The notes beneath the pieces are model-generated. The model made no database searches and was not told where the DNA came from. It was given only the letters and a program-made list of their open reading frames with translations. Made by a program: the position numbers and the translations under genes. Of a stretch of DNA of 64,000 nt, positions 8,809 to 19,677 are shown one piece after another; position 1 is the first letter of the stretch; every line of letters begins with the position of its first letter. This DNA comes from Thermoanaerobaculia bacterium (GTDB lineage: Bacteria > Acidobacteriota > Thermoanaerobaculia > Multivoradales > JAHEKO01): NCBI GenBank assembly GCA_049664225.1, contig JBATEX010000057.1, positions 82,451 through 146,450 of the forward strand, in the 5' to 3' direction.

Positions 8809-8823
8809 GCATAGACCGTGCCA
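8809..8823 (-). promoter_or_regulatory. Sigma-54-like -24/-12 element TGGCACGgtctATGC upstream of the ECF sigma gene
   Basis: The minus-strand sequence ctacTGGCACGGTCTATGCg has GG and GC at the canonical spacing (consensus TGGCACG-N4-TTGC) with one mismatch. It lies about 45 nt upstream of the ATG at 8764. Confidence 0.25.
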
Positions 8824-8916
8824 GTAGTTTAGCCCGAAACCAGAAAGGCGCAAATTAGACGCAAACCGAGCGACGAGGATCGGCCTGCCCGCCCTCTGGT
8901 TAGCGAAGGAATCCTC

Positions 8917-10389
8917 TTAGAGAAGATTCCAGGCCAGCGGCAAGACACTCGACTTGGCCAGATCTACGAAGACGCCGGGTAGAAGACCCAGAATTACCGT
9001 AACGACAGCACAGAATCCGATGGCCGCAACCAAACCGGGAGCGCGCATGGGAATCGGCGTCGTCGCATCCGAGTCCTTCAGGTACATCTGAACCACCACG
9101 GCCATATAGTAGTAAAGCGAGATGGCGCTGGTCAGGACTCCGATCACAGCCACCCAAGTCCACCCCGCTTCGATGGCGGCCGCAAACAGATAGACCTTCC
9201 CGAAGAAGCCTCCCGTTGGTGGTAGCCCCGTCAGTGCGAGCATGAAGATCAACATGCTGGCTGCCAAAAAGGGTGCGCGGCGAGCCAAACCGGCATAGTC
9301 GGACAGGGTCTCGCCGGCGTACTCGCGCCGCTCCAAGAGAATCACGGTGCCGAAGGCTCCCAGCGTAAAGAGACTGTAGGCCAGCAGATAGAACATCAGC
9401 GCCCAGAGTCCGGTCTCGTTCGCTGCCAGTACTCCCATCAGGATGTAGCCGGCATGGGCGATTGAGCTGTAGGCCAGCATTCGCTTGACGTTCGTCTGGG
9501 TTAGCGCCGCAATGTTGCCCCAAATCATCGACAGCGTGGCCACCGCCGCGACGACGATCTGCCAGTCGATCACCAGCGGCGCCAGGCCCTGGTAGAAGAT
9601 GCGAACCAGGATTGCGAATGATGCGGCCTTCGAGGCCACCGCCAAATAGCCGGTGACCGGAGTCGGCGCGCCAACGTAGACGTCTGGTGTCCAAACGTGG
9701 AACGGCGCCGCCGAGACCTTGAAGAAGAGGCCGACCGCCAGGAGAATCCACCCCACCGCCGACAGCAGGTCGCCGTGCAGGACTGCCAGTGACAGGCTCC
9801 TCGAGAGCTCCGGCAAGGCCAGGGTACTAGTCGCGCCATAAAGCAGCGAGATGCCATATAGCAGGATGCCGCTGGACAGTGCCCCGAGTACAAAATACTT
9901 GAGCGAAGCCTCGTTCGAGCGCCGCTCATGCTTGAAGTAGCCGGCCAGGATGTAGCTCGACAGCGCCATCAATTCGAGCGAGATCCAGATCGACAGGAGA
10001 TTGAAGCCGCTGACCATCAGCATCATTCCCGTCGTGGCCAGCAGCAGGAGGGAGTAGTACTCGCCTGCCCGGTAGCCCCCCTCCTCGATGAATCTGGCGG
10101 ATAGAAAAACGGTCAGGGCGGTGGCGACCAGAAACAGCACCTTCCAGTACAGTGCGAACCCATCCAGCACGAACATCCCCGCCAGAATGGGGGCTCCCAT
10201 CGTCGCCTGACCCTGTGTCCAGACCACCAGGATCATCGCCGCCCCCACTCCGACCAGCGACGCCATCGCTGCCATGCGGCTGCCGATGCCACGGCCCATG
10301 GTTCCAGCAACCAGCAGCGCCATGCCGAAGATGGCCAGCACCATCTCTGGAAGAAGCAGCCAGAACTCCTGGGGGGCTATGGAAGTCAT
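8917..10389 (-). CDS. nuoN: NADH-quinone oxidoreductase subunit N
   Basis: Polytopic antiporter-like protein and the last gene of the nuo operon. The track start (10593) overlaps nuoM. The ATG at 10389 (MTSIAPQEFWLLLPEMVL...) sits 4 nt after the nuoM stop. Confidence 0.9.
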   Translation of the reverse strand: MTSIAPQEFWLLLPEMVLAIFGMALLVAGTMGRGIGSRMAAMASLVGVGAAMILVVWTQGQATMGAPILAGMFVLDGFALYWKVLFLVATALTVFLSARFIEEGGYRAGEYYSLLLLATTGMMLMVSGFNLLSIWISLELMALSSYILAGYFKHERRSNEASLKYFVLGALSSGILLYGISLLYGATSTLALPELSRSLSLAVLHGDLLSAVGWILLAVGLFFKVSAAPFHVWTPDVYVGAPTPVTGYLAVASKAASFAILVRIFYQGLAPLVIDWQIVVAAVATLSMIWGNIAALTQTNVKRMLAYSSIAHAGYILMGVLAANETGLWALMFYLLAYSLFTLGAFGTVILLERREYAGETLSDYAGLARRAPFLAASMLIFMLALTGLPPTGGFFGKVYLFAAAIEAGWTWVAVIGVLTSAISLYYYMAVVVQMYLKDSDATTPIPMRAPGLVAAIGFCAVVTVILGLLPGVFVDLAKSSVLPLAWNLL

Positions 10390-10393
10390 CGAG

Positions 10394-11992
<1,599 letters not shown>

Positions 11993-12010
11993 GACTTACC
12001 CTCGTTTCAC

Positions 12011-14083
12011 CTAGCTCTGCAGTACAACAACGACATAGAAGAAGGCCAGAACGAACATCCCCACTGCGATCACCATCGCGTACTGGGAGACCACTCCGGT
12101 CTGCAAGCGACGAAACACTCGCGATCCGAACTGCAGAAGCCAGCCAGTGAGATTCACCAATCCATCGACCACGTACTTGTCGAAGAAGCCCGACAGGTAG
12201 GCGGCAGCAACGGTCACATGGCGTGAGCCGTTGACCAGGAAACCATCGATGAACCCGGCGTCGAAGCGAAACAGGTTGCGGGCAGTCGACCAGGTGCCTC
12301 GCACCACCGTTCGATCGTAGAGCTCATCAACGTAATACTTGTTGAGCAGCAGGCGATGCAGGCCAGGGAATCGGTCTGCCCACCAGGCGCCTCCTGCCAG
12401 CTCCCGCGACCCGCCATAGGTCCGCCAGGCGAGGAAGATACCGATGCCGGCGACCGCCACGGAGAGCGCCATCAGCAGGAGCTCGAGGCCCAAGCTGGCG
12501 TGATGCGCCTCACCGTGCCCACCCACCGCATGGACGACCGGCTCCAGAAAGTGACCGAACCAGTTCCAATCCCAATCACCCAAACGGGGAAGGCCGACCC
12601 AGCCCGAGATGACCGCGCCGATGGCGAGCACAATCAGCGGCAGGGTCATGACCGGCGGCGACTCGTGAACGTGCTCCCACTCTTCCTGCGAACCCCTGAA
12701 CTCGCCATGAAACGTCATGTAGAGGAGTCGGAACATGTAGAAGGCTGTCAGTCCGGCCGTGATCAAGCCAACGCCCCAGAGGATCTTGTGGCCCTCGAAA
12801 GCCGCCGCCAGGATCTGGTCCTTGCTGAAGAACCCGGCCAGGAGCGGCACTCCGGCGATCGCCAAGGTTCCTGTGACGAAGGTCCAGTAGGTCACAGGCA
12901 GCCTCTTGCGTAGCCCACCCATCCGGCGCATGTCCTGCTCCCCGCCGACAGCGTGGATCACCGAGCCGGACCCCAGAAAGAGTAGGCCCTTGAAGAAGGC
13001 ATGGGTCATGAGGTGGAAAACCGCCACTGAGTAGGCCCCTACGCCGGCGGCCAGAAACATGTATCCCAACTGCGAAACGGTGGAGTAAGCCAGCACTTTC
13101 TTGATATCGGTCTGAGCCAGGGCGATCGTGGCAGCGAAAATCGCCGTCAAGCAGCCCACGACGGCCACGACTCCGGAGACTCCCGGTGCCAGCTGGTAGA
13201 CGATGTTGGCTCTGGCAACCATGTACACACCCGCCGTCACCATGGTGGCGGCGTGGATCAGTGCGGAGACCGGGGTCGGGCCGGCCATCGCATCGGGCAA
13301 CCAGACGTAGAGCGGAATCTGGGCGCTCTTGCCGGTGGCTCCGACAAAGAGAAATAGAGCCACAAAGCTCGCCAGCGTCAGACCCATCACGAACGGAGAC
13401 TCGAGGAGGGAAGGATCTTCGGCCGCCTTGGAGAAGATCTCCGTGTACCGCAAGCTGCCGAATGTCGAAGCCAGGGCGAACAGGGCCATGAGGAAGCCAG
13501 CGTCGCCTATCCGGTTGACAATAAAGGCCTTACGACCGGCGTACGGAGGAAACTCTTCCTTGTAGTAGTAGCCGATCAGCAGGTAGGAACAGAGACCGAC
13601 GCCCTCCCAGCCGATGAACATGACCAGGAAGTTGTTGCCCAGCACGAGCAGGAGCATCGCTCCCATGAAGAGGTTCAGATAGGTGAAGTAACGCTGGTAG
13701 CCGTCTTCGTGCCCCATGTACCCGATCGAGTAGACGTGAATCCAGAAGCCCACGAAGGTGACCACGAAGAGCATGACCGCCGAGAGCGGGTCCAGGAGAA
13801 AAGCGAAATCGATGGCCAGCTCTGCAAATACGCCACTCGTAAGCTTCAGAAAACCGGCCGGTAGCCAGACCCAGAGCACCTGCTCGAAGCCACGCCCGGC
13901 GGCATACTCGGCGCTCCGCAGGTAGCTCGGAACTGCATAGAAGAGGGCCAGAACGGTTGTCAGTCCGACGCTGCCGACTGCAACGCCCGTGACCAACCGC
14001 TTGGAAGCCCTACCTTTGAGGACAACACCGTTGAGAAAGGCCCCCAGGAAGGGCAAGAGCGGGATCAGCCAGAGCGCCTGCAT
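12011..14083 (-). CDS. nuoL: NADH-quinone oxidoreductase subunit L
   Basis: 690 aa. It contains WLPDAMAGPTPVSALIHAATMVTAGVY plus the long C-terminal lateral-helix region. Confidence 0.92.
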   Translation of the reverse strand: MQALWLIPLLPFLGAFLNGVVLKGRASKRLVTGVAVGSVGLTTVLALFYAVPSYLRSAEYAAGRGFEQVLWVWLPAGFLKLTSGVFAELAIDFAFLLDPLSAVMLFVVTFVGFWIHVYSIGYMGHEDGYQRYFTYLNLFMGAMLLLVLGNNFLVMFIGWEGVGLCSYLLIGYYYKEEFPPYAGRKAFIVNRIGDAGFLMALFALASTFGSLRYTEIFSKAAEDPSLLESPFVMGLTLASFVALFLFVGATGKSAQIPLYVWLPDAMAGPTPVSALIHAATMVTAGVYMVARANIVYQLAPGVSGVVAVVGCLTAIFAATIALAQTDIKKVLAYSTVSQLGYMFLAAGVGAYSVAVFHLMTHAFFKGLLFLGSGSVIHAVGGEQDMRRMGGLRKRLPVTYWTFVTGTLAIAGVPLLAGFFSKDQILAAAFEGHKILWGVGLITAGLTAFYMFRLLYMTFHGEFRGSQEEWEHVHESPPVMTLPLIVLAIGAVISGWVGLPRLGDWDWNWFGHFLEPVVHAVGGHGEAHHASLGLELLLMALSVAVAGIGIFLAWRTYGGSRELAGGAWWADRFPGLHRLLLNKYYVDELYDRTVVRGTWSTARNLFRFDAGFIDGFLVNGSRHVTVAAAYLSGFFDKYVVDGLVNLTGWLLQFGSRVFRRLQTGVVSQYAMVIAVGMFVLAFFYVVVVLQS

Positions 14084-14089
14084 CGTCCG

Positions 14090-14404
14090 CTACCCCTTGA
14101 GCTCCGAGGCTTGATCGAGCGAAGTGGTGCCTCGCAATCGATACAACGCAACAAGGATGGCCAGGCCGATTGCAGCCTCTCCAGCGGCCACCGCAATGAC
14201 GAAGACACCCATGATTTGACCGGTAAGGTCCGAGTACTGATACGAGAAGGCCGCCAGGTTGAGATTGACCGAGTTCAACACCAACTCGATCGACATCAGG
14301 ACCACGATCATGTTGCGCCGCGTGAGGATCCCGACAAGACCGATCACGAAGAGCATGGCGCTCAACACAAGATAGTGGTTGGTGGTGATCTCAAACATTG
14401 GCAT
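14090..14404 (-). CDS. nuoK: NADH-quinone oxidoreductase subunit K
   Basis: 104-aa protein with three TM helices. The segment SIELVLNSVNLNLAAF...AAGEAAIGLAI is typical of NuoK. Confidence 0.9.
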   Translation of the reverse strand: MPMFEITTNHYLVLSAMLFVIGLVGILTRRNMIVVLMSIELVLNSVNLNLAAFSYQYSDLTGQIMGVFVIAVAAGEAAIGLAILVALYRLRGTTSLDQASELKG

Positions 14405-14453
14405 TCTCGTCTCGTTGTCTCATCGATCCGGTGGACACACTCTCCCTCTCCAG

Positions 14454-14987
14454 CTAATCCTTACGTGCCAGAACCACAGCACCGATCATCGCCACCAGCA
14501 GAAAGAGAGACGCAATCTCGAACGGCAATAGGTACTGCTGAAAGAGCTGCCATGCGACTGCCTGAACATTGCCCACGGCCTCGCCGTCGACGCTGACAAG
14601 AGCGGCAGGCGCGAGATTGGCCGGTGAGAACTGAACCCTGGCCACCACCCAACTCACCAGTCCGATCAACATCACCGCCAGCAGCAGCGCCGCCGGCCAC
14701 TGCATGCCATAGATTTCGGCTTCCTGAATTCGGTGTAGGTTGACCAACATGATGACGAACAAGAACAGCACCATGATGCCGCCGCCGTAGACGAAGATCT
14801 GCACAACTGCCAGAAACTCCGCATGGAGCAAGAAGAACAGCGCGGCGACAGCCAGAAACGAAACCAGCAGCGCGAAAGCCGAGTACATGGGATTGCGCAG
14901 ACTGACCACCAGGATTGCAGCCAGCACGGCCAGTGTGGCAAACAGGTAGAACAGCAGCCCGGGGCCGTTGACCAGCAGGAATTCCAT
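14454..14987 (-). CDS. nuoJ: NADH-quinone oxidoreductase subunit J
   Basis: 177-aa membrane protein at the conserved operon position, with the NuoJ-like segment FLAVVQIFVYGGGIMVLFLFVIML. Confidence 0.88.
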   Translation of the reverse strand: MEFLLVNGPGLLFYLFATLAVLAAILVVSLRNPMYSAFALLVSFLAVAALFFLLHAEFLAVVQIFVYGGGIMVLFLFVIMLVNLHRIQEAEIYGMQWPAALLLAVMLIGLVSWVVARVQFSPANLAPAALVSVDGEAVGNVQAVAWQLFQQYLLPFEIASLFLLVAMIGAVVLARKD

Positions 14988-15007
14988 CTCAGACGCTCAT
15001 CTCTCGA

Positions 15008-15487
15008 TCAGACGACCTCTTCATCGGTATAGGCCGGGCGGACTTTCCAGTCCTCCAGTTCCCGCTTGTCCACGTACAGATTCTGCCACCGTTCATAACT
15101 CGCCAATTCGTAGGTCTTGCTCGTCAACCAGATCGATTTCGGGTTGGTGGGGCAGGCCTCTTCGCACAGGCCGCAGAACATGCACCGCTGGATGTCGATG
15201 TCGAAGCGATCCAGTAGCTTTTCCTTCTTCTCCGTCTCCGGGTTCACTTCCTGGTGCCAATCGATGTAGATGATGTCGATGGGGCAGTCCCGGGCACAGA
15301 GAGTGCACTTGATACAGCGTTCTTCGTCGAGCCGAAACATGCCACGGAAACGGTGTGCCGGCTCCCGGCGCTCTTCCGGATACTGAACCGTCACCTTCCT
15401 CTTCAGCAAGTGCCGGAAGGTGATGCCCAGGCCTGAGAACAGGTCCAGCAGCATGATCTTGTCCAGGAATCGCTTGATCCAGCTCAT
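15008..15487 (-). CDS. nuoI: NADH-quinone oxidoreductase subunit I (2x[4Fe-4S] ferredoxin-type)
   Basis: Two CxxCxxCxxxCP motifs are present (CIKCTLCARDCP, CMFCGLCEEACP). The ATG at 15487 (MSWIKRFLDK...) follows the nuoH stop, and the track N-terminal extension overlaps nuoH. Confidence 0.9.
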   Translation of the reverse strand: MSWIKRFLDKIMLLDLFSGLGITFRHLLKRKVTVQYPEERREPAHRFRGMFRLDEERCIKCTLCARDCPIDIIYIDWHQEVNPETEKKEKLLDRFDIDIQRCMFCGLCEEACPTNPKSIWLTSKTYELASYERWQNLYVDKRELEDWKVRPAYTDEEVV

Positions 15488-15495
15488 ACGTAAGC

Positions 15496-16578
15496 CTAGA
15501 TGAGGACCTTCCAGAGACCAGTTGCCACGACAGCCAGCAACGCGGTGGGAATCAACCACTTCCAACCGAGATCCATCAACTGGTCGAAGCGGTACCTCGG
15601 GAAAGTCCCGCGGAACCAGATATAGACGAACAGGAAGCTGAGAAGCTTGATCAGGAACCACAGGAATCCGGCCAGGCCCGCCGGCAGGAACGCCAAATCG
15701 AGAAACGACAACCACCCAACACTCGGGAAAGGCCGCAACCAACCGCCCAGGAACATGGTTACCGCGACAGCCGAGATCACGATCATGTTGGCGTACTCGC
15801 CCAGAAAGAACAGAGCGAATCGCATGCCGCTGTACTCCGTGTGGAATCCGGCCACCAGCTCGGATTCGGCCTCCGGCAAATCGAAGGGGTTGCGGTTGGA
15901 TTCAGCTACTCCAGCCACGAAGTAGATGAAGAACGCCAGAAGACCGAAGGGAAAGAACCCGAAGATGAACCATCGACCCTGGGTCAGCTGAGCCTCGACG
16001 ATTCCGACCAGCGAGAGGGTACCGGCCATCAGCACGGGTACGACCAGTGAGAAGCCCTGCGGGACCTCGTACGAGATCATCTGGGCGGCCGCTCGAAGCC
16101 CGCCCAACATGGAGAACTTGTTGTTGGAGGCCCAGCCTCCGAGGATCAGCCCGTACACTCCGATCGAAGCTATGGCAACGACCAGCAGTAGCCCTGCATT
16201 GACGTCGGTGATGAACCAACTGGGAATCGTGCCTTCGCCCGATGGCGGCCCATAGGGAATCACCGACAGGATGATCAGAGCGGGTCCGACGACCAGGCAC
16301 GGAGCCAGGACGTACGCCCACTTGACGGCACGATTCGGGATCACGTCCTCCTTGCCGAGGAGTTTTGCGACGTCGGCGATGGGTTGAAACAGGCCCCACG
16401 GCCCGACGCGATTCGGCCCGGTCCGGACTTGGAGGAAGCCCAGGATCTTGCGCTCGGCGAAGGTGGTATAGGCAATGATCGTCAGCACGACGATGATCGC
16501 CGCAATGATCTTGACCAGCGGCACCACCGCGTAGGTGAACAGGGTCTCGCCAAAAAACTCGACCATCAGACTCTCCAC
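15496..16578 (-). CDS. nuoH: NADH-quinone oxidoreductase subunit H
   Basis: 360-aa membrane protein. The segments AERKILGFLQVRTGPNRVGPWGLFQPIADV and FDLPEAESELVAGFHTEYSG are canonical NuoH motifs. Confidence 0.92.
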   Translation of the reverse strand: MESLMVEFFGETLFTYAVVPLVKIIAAIIVVLTIIAYTTFAERKILGFLQVRTGPNRVGPWGLFQPIADVAKLLGKEDVIPNRAVKWAYVLAPCLVVGPALIILSVIPYGPPSGEGTIPSWFITDVNAGLLLVVAIASIGVYGLILGGWASNNKFSMLGGLRAAAQMISYEVPQGFSLVVPVLMAGTLSLVGIVEAQLTQGRWFIFGFFPFGLLAFFIYFVAGVAESNRNPFDLPEAESELVAGFHTEYSGMRFALFFLGEYANMIVISAVAVTMFLGGWLRPFPSVGWLSFLDLAFLPAGLAGFLWFLIKLLSFLFVYIWFRGTFPRYRFDQLMDLGWKWLIPTALLAVVATGLWKVLI

Positions 16579-16585
16579 CCCGTCC

Positions 16586-17725
16586 TCATCGGTCCACCTC
16601 GCCTAGCACGATGTCAGTGGTACCGATGACCGCGATCAGGTCGGCGATCAGGCCGCCGACGACCATCTCGGGCAACACCTGGATGTTGTATAGCGACGGC
16701 GGCCGTACCCTGCAGCGATGTGGATTCGGCGTACCGTTTCCCACGATATAGAAGCCGATCTCGCCCTTTGGAGCTTCCACGGCATGGTAGACATCCCCTT
16801 CCTTGGGAGCCTTCAGCACGCGTGGGCGCTTGCCCATTATCGGCCCCTCGGGGAGCTTCTCGAGGCACTGCCGAACGATCCGGACGGACTGGCGCATCTC
16901 CTCAATTCGAACCAGATAGCGATCGTAGGTGTCGCAGTTGTAGAACACCGGCACCTCGAAATCCACCTGGTCGTACATTTCGTATGGCATCGCCTTGCGA
17001 ACATCCAACTGAATGCCGCTACCGCGCAGCATCGGTCCGGTCACGCCGTATTCCAGCGCCACCTCTGGTGTCAGGATGCCGATTCCGACTGTCCTCTTCT
17101 TCCAGATCCGGTTCTCCGTCAGCAGACCTTCGTACTCGTCGATCTTGCCGGGGAAATCCTCGATGAACTCGGCGCAGCGCTCGACCCAACCCACGGGAAG
17201 GTCGTACGGCTGACCTCCCGGACGCATGCAATTGAGAGTCAGTCGAGCCCCGCAGTACTCCTCGAAGAGATCGAGAATGATCTCTCTCTCTCGAAACGTG
17301 TAGAAGAAGGGCGTCATCGCCCCGATGTCGATAGCGTGCGTCGCCAGCCAAATAAGATGACTGGAGATCCGTTGCAGCTCCGACAGAAGCGTGCGGATGT
17401 AGCTCGCCCGCGGAGGCACCACCAGACCGAGCAGCTTTTCGACCGCACCAACGTAGGCCAGGTTGTTAGTGGCCGCGGCCACGTAGTCCAGGCGATCCGT
17501 ATGGGGCACATTCTGAAAGAAGGGGTGCAGCTCGAACAACTTCTCGGTGCCTCGGTGTAGATACCCGATCACCGGATAGCAATCGACGATCCGCTCGCCG
17601 TCCACCTTGAGCTTCAGGCGCAGCACCCCATGGGTGGCCGGATGCTGCGGACCGAAATTGATCTCCATCTCCTCGACACCGAAAAGGGTGTCGCTGGAGA
17701 GACTCGAGCTGTCCACTTCAACCAT
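16586..17725 (-). CDS. nuoD: NADH-quinone oxidoreductase subunit D (49-kDa/NDUFS2 homologue)
   Basis: NFGPQHPATHGVLRL and IGYLHRGTEKL motifs are present, with the C-terminal DIVLGEVDR. Confidence 0.93.
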   Translation of the reverse strand: MVEVDSSSLSSDTLFGVEEMEINFGPQHPATHGVLRLKLKVDGERIVDCYPVIGYLHRGTEKLFELHPFFQNVPHTDRLDYVAAATNNLAYVGAVEKLLGLVVPPRASYIRTLLSELQRISSHLIWLATHAIDIGAMTPFFYTFREREIILDLFEEYCGARLTLNCMRPGGQPYDLPVGWVERCAEFIEDFPGKIDEYEGLLTENRIWKKRTVGIGILTPEVALEYGVTGPMLRGSGIQLDVRKAMPYEMYDQVDFEVPVFYNCDTYDRYLVRIEEMRQSVRIVRQCLEKLPEGPIMGKRPRVLKAPKEGDVYHAVEAPKGEIGFYIVGNGTPNPHRCRVRPPSLYNIQVLPEMVVGGLIADLIAVIGTTDIVLGEVDR

Positions 17726-17752
17726 GGCTTCTCTCGTGCCTCGCCCGGAGAC

Positions 17753-18571
17753 CTAGGCCTCCTCGGGCGCCGGTTCCTCTTCAGATGGCTTGGGCGGTTT
17801 CCATCCGGTGCCGGTACCGGCAACCGGGCCCGCCTCTTCACCATAGAACTCGGGGTAGATCGCAGCCCCCGTGTCGATTCCCTCAACAGGGAAGTCTTTG
17901 CGCAGGGGATGGCCACTGAAACCTTCCCACATCAGGATGCGCGTCATATCCGGGTGCCCGGCAAAACGCACGCCGTACATGTCGTAGATCTCCCTCTCCG
18001 GCCAGTTGGCTCCCTTCCAGACGTCGACGACGGTGGGCACCTCGACCCCTTCCTGGGTACCGACCTTGAGCCGGATACGGCGCGCCTGCTCGAGGTTGTA
18101 CAAGTGATACACAACCTCGAAGGGAGCTTCCTCACGGTCGGGATAGTGAGCACCGCAGATGTCCACCAACAAGGCGAACCCGTGCTCCTCTTTCAGGCTC
18201 CGCCCAACCTCCTGAATAACCCGCAACTCGATATCGAACACCAACTCGCCGGCGAAAGTGCGGGCCGCCGTGACCCCCTCACCGAAGCTGCTCTTCAGGG
18301 CCTCTGCAAGGGCATCGCCTTCGGCCTCCTGCCATTCAGGGGCTACAGGATCCCGTTCCCATGGCTCCCTGGCAGCCTCCGCCTCGGCGAGAGCCTTGGC
18401 CTTGGCGGCTGCCGCCTTGGCCTTCGCCTCTGCCTCAGCCTTGGCCGCCTCCTCTGAATCGGCTTCTGCCACGGCCGGCGCGTCCGCCTTGGTCTCGTCC
18501 GGAGCTTCGGGCGTCGGCTGGGCCCCGTTCGGGTGACCCTCCTGCGGCTTGTCGTCTTCGCGTTCGCTCAT
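17753..18571 (-). CDS. nuoC: NADH-quinone oxidoreductase subunit C with Ala/Glu/Lys-rich N-terminal extension
   Basis: The core reads FALLVDICGAHYPDREEAPFEVVYHLYN...WPEREIYDMYGVRFAGHPD. It is preceded by a low-complexity extension of about 80 aa (AEAEAKAKAAAAKAKALAEAEAA). Confidence 0.9.
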   Translation of the reverse strand: MSEREDDKPQEGHPNGAQPTPEAPDETKADAPAVAEADSEEAAKAEAEAKAKAAAAKAKALAEAEAAREPWERDPVAPEWQEAEGDALAEALKSSFGEGVTAARTFAGELVFDIELRVIQEVGRSLKEEHGFALLVDICGAHYPDREEAPFEVVYHLYNLEQARRIRLKVGTQEGVEVPTVVDVWKGANWPEREIYDMYGVRFAGHPDMTRILMWEGFSGHPLRKDFPVEGIDTGAAIYPEFYGEEAGPVAGTGTGWKPPKPSEEEPAPEEA

Positions 18572-19083
18572 TACGCGTTACCAGCGATCTTTGAGGCCTC
18601 GTCCATCTTTGGCTTCGCCACCGTCATCCGGTCGATCTTGCGTTGCAGATGCAGGAGGCCCCACAGCAATGCCTCCGGCCTGGGCGGACAACCGGGAACG
18701 TAGACGTCGACCGGAATCACCCTGTCGACTCCCTGGGTGACGGCGTAGGTCCGGTAGGGGCCTCCGCAAGTAGCACAGGCGCCCATCGCGAGGGCCCACT
18801 TGGGCTCCGGCATCTGGTCCCACAGGCGCCGGACGATTGGCGCCATCTTCTCCGTCACTGTACCGGCGACGATCATCAAATCGCTCTGCCTGGGGGTGCC
18901 CCGAAAAACCTCGGCACCGAATCGGCTCATATCGTGCCTCGGATCGAGCACAGCCATCATCTCGATAGCGCAACAGGCCAGGCCGAACTGCATCGGCCAG
19001 ATTGCCGACCGACGGGCCCAGTTGAAGACCTTGTCGTAGGTCGTGGTGAGGATGTTGGCCTCGACGTCGTCCATCAGGCCCAA
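18571..19083 (-). CDS. nuoB: NADH-quinone oxidoreductase subunit B (N2 cluster subunit)
   Basis: [11 protein letters not shown]...[10 protein letters not shown]...[13 protein letters not shown] contains the cluster N2 cysteines. Confidence 0.93.
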   Translation of the reverse strand: MGLMDDVEANILTTTYDKVFNWARRSAIWPMQFGLACCAIEMMAVLDPRHDMSRFGAEVFRGTPRQSDLMIVAGTVTEKMAPIVRRLWDQMPEPKWALAMGACATCGGPYRTYAVTQGVDRVIPVDVYVPGCPPRPEALLWGLLHLQRKIDRMTVAKPKMDEASKIAGNA

Positions 19084-19427
19084 TTCAACGCCCCCCGTCT
19101 CCAGACGTACACATAGCCGACCACAAGAATGGCCAAGAAGATCATCATTTCAATGAAGCCGAACAGTGCCAGTTTGTCGAATATCACGGCCCATGGAAAC
19201 AGGAAGATAGCCTCCACGTCGAAGACGACGAACAAGACCGCTATCAGGTAGTAACGAATGGAGAATCGGTGGTCGTGAGCCAGGCTGGTCGGCTCGTTGC
19301 CGCACTCGTACGGCTCGAGTAGGGTTCGACCGCCACCATGGCGCAAGAGACGCGCGGCGACCAGCACGACGATCAAGAACGCCACGGTGACCAAAAAGAA
19401 GATGAAGACCGGGAGATAGCTTTCCAC
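19074..19427 (-). CDS. nuoA: NADH-quinone oxidoreductase subunit A
   Basis: 117-aa protein with three TM helices. PYECGNEP...[13 protein letters not shown] are NuoA motifs, and it is the first gene of the operon. Confidence 0.9.
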   Translation of the reverse strand: MESYLPVFIFFLVTVAFLIVVLVAARLLRHGGGRTLLEPYECGNEPTSLAHDHRFSIRYYLIAVLFVVFDVEAIFLFPWAVIFDKLALFGFIEMMIFLAILVVGYVYVWRRGALNWA

Positions 19428-19677
19428 AGTGCGCTCGTCTCAGGCCCAACGCCAGATGGTGGTTCCCGGTCAGCTATTCAGCCAGTCCTAGCCCCTGGAT
19501 CTCAACTCTCGATCCCACTCGGGACGGGCTTGAAGGTGTCCGATTCGAAACGCATGATTTCTTCCGGGAAGCGAATACCGCGGTAATTGTACCGGAGGCC
19601 CAAGGGGTGTCAAGGAGCCCCTCTCGACGCTGATTTCTCCACCTGCCGGACGGTGACGATCACAGAGCTACCAACCA

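Noticed and set aside
8900-9751. 283-aa alternate-frame minus-strand ORF within nuoN, and the N-terminal extensions of track ORFs for nuoN (to 10593), nuoI (to 15742), the adenosyltransferase (to 27028), midA (to 20880), hldA (from 21409) and the kinase (to 41576)
   Set aside because: The extensions overlap the preceding conserved genes and are Arg/Pro-rich. Internal ATGs that follow the upstream stop codons give canonical family N-termini.
19428-19677. Possible additional REP-like unit or regulatory hairpin (aggggtgtcaaggagcccct) upstream of nuoA
   Set aside because: It has only a 5-bp stem. Its resemblance to the REP-like family is limited to C/G-rich flanks, and the AAGGNNCGC loop is absent.
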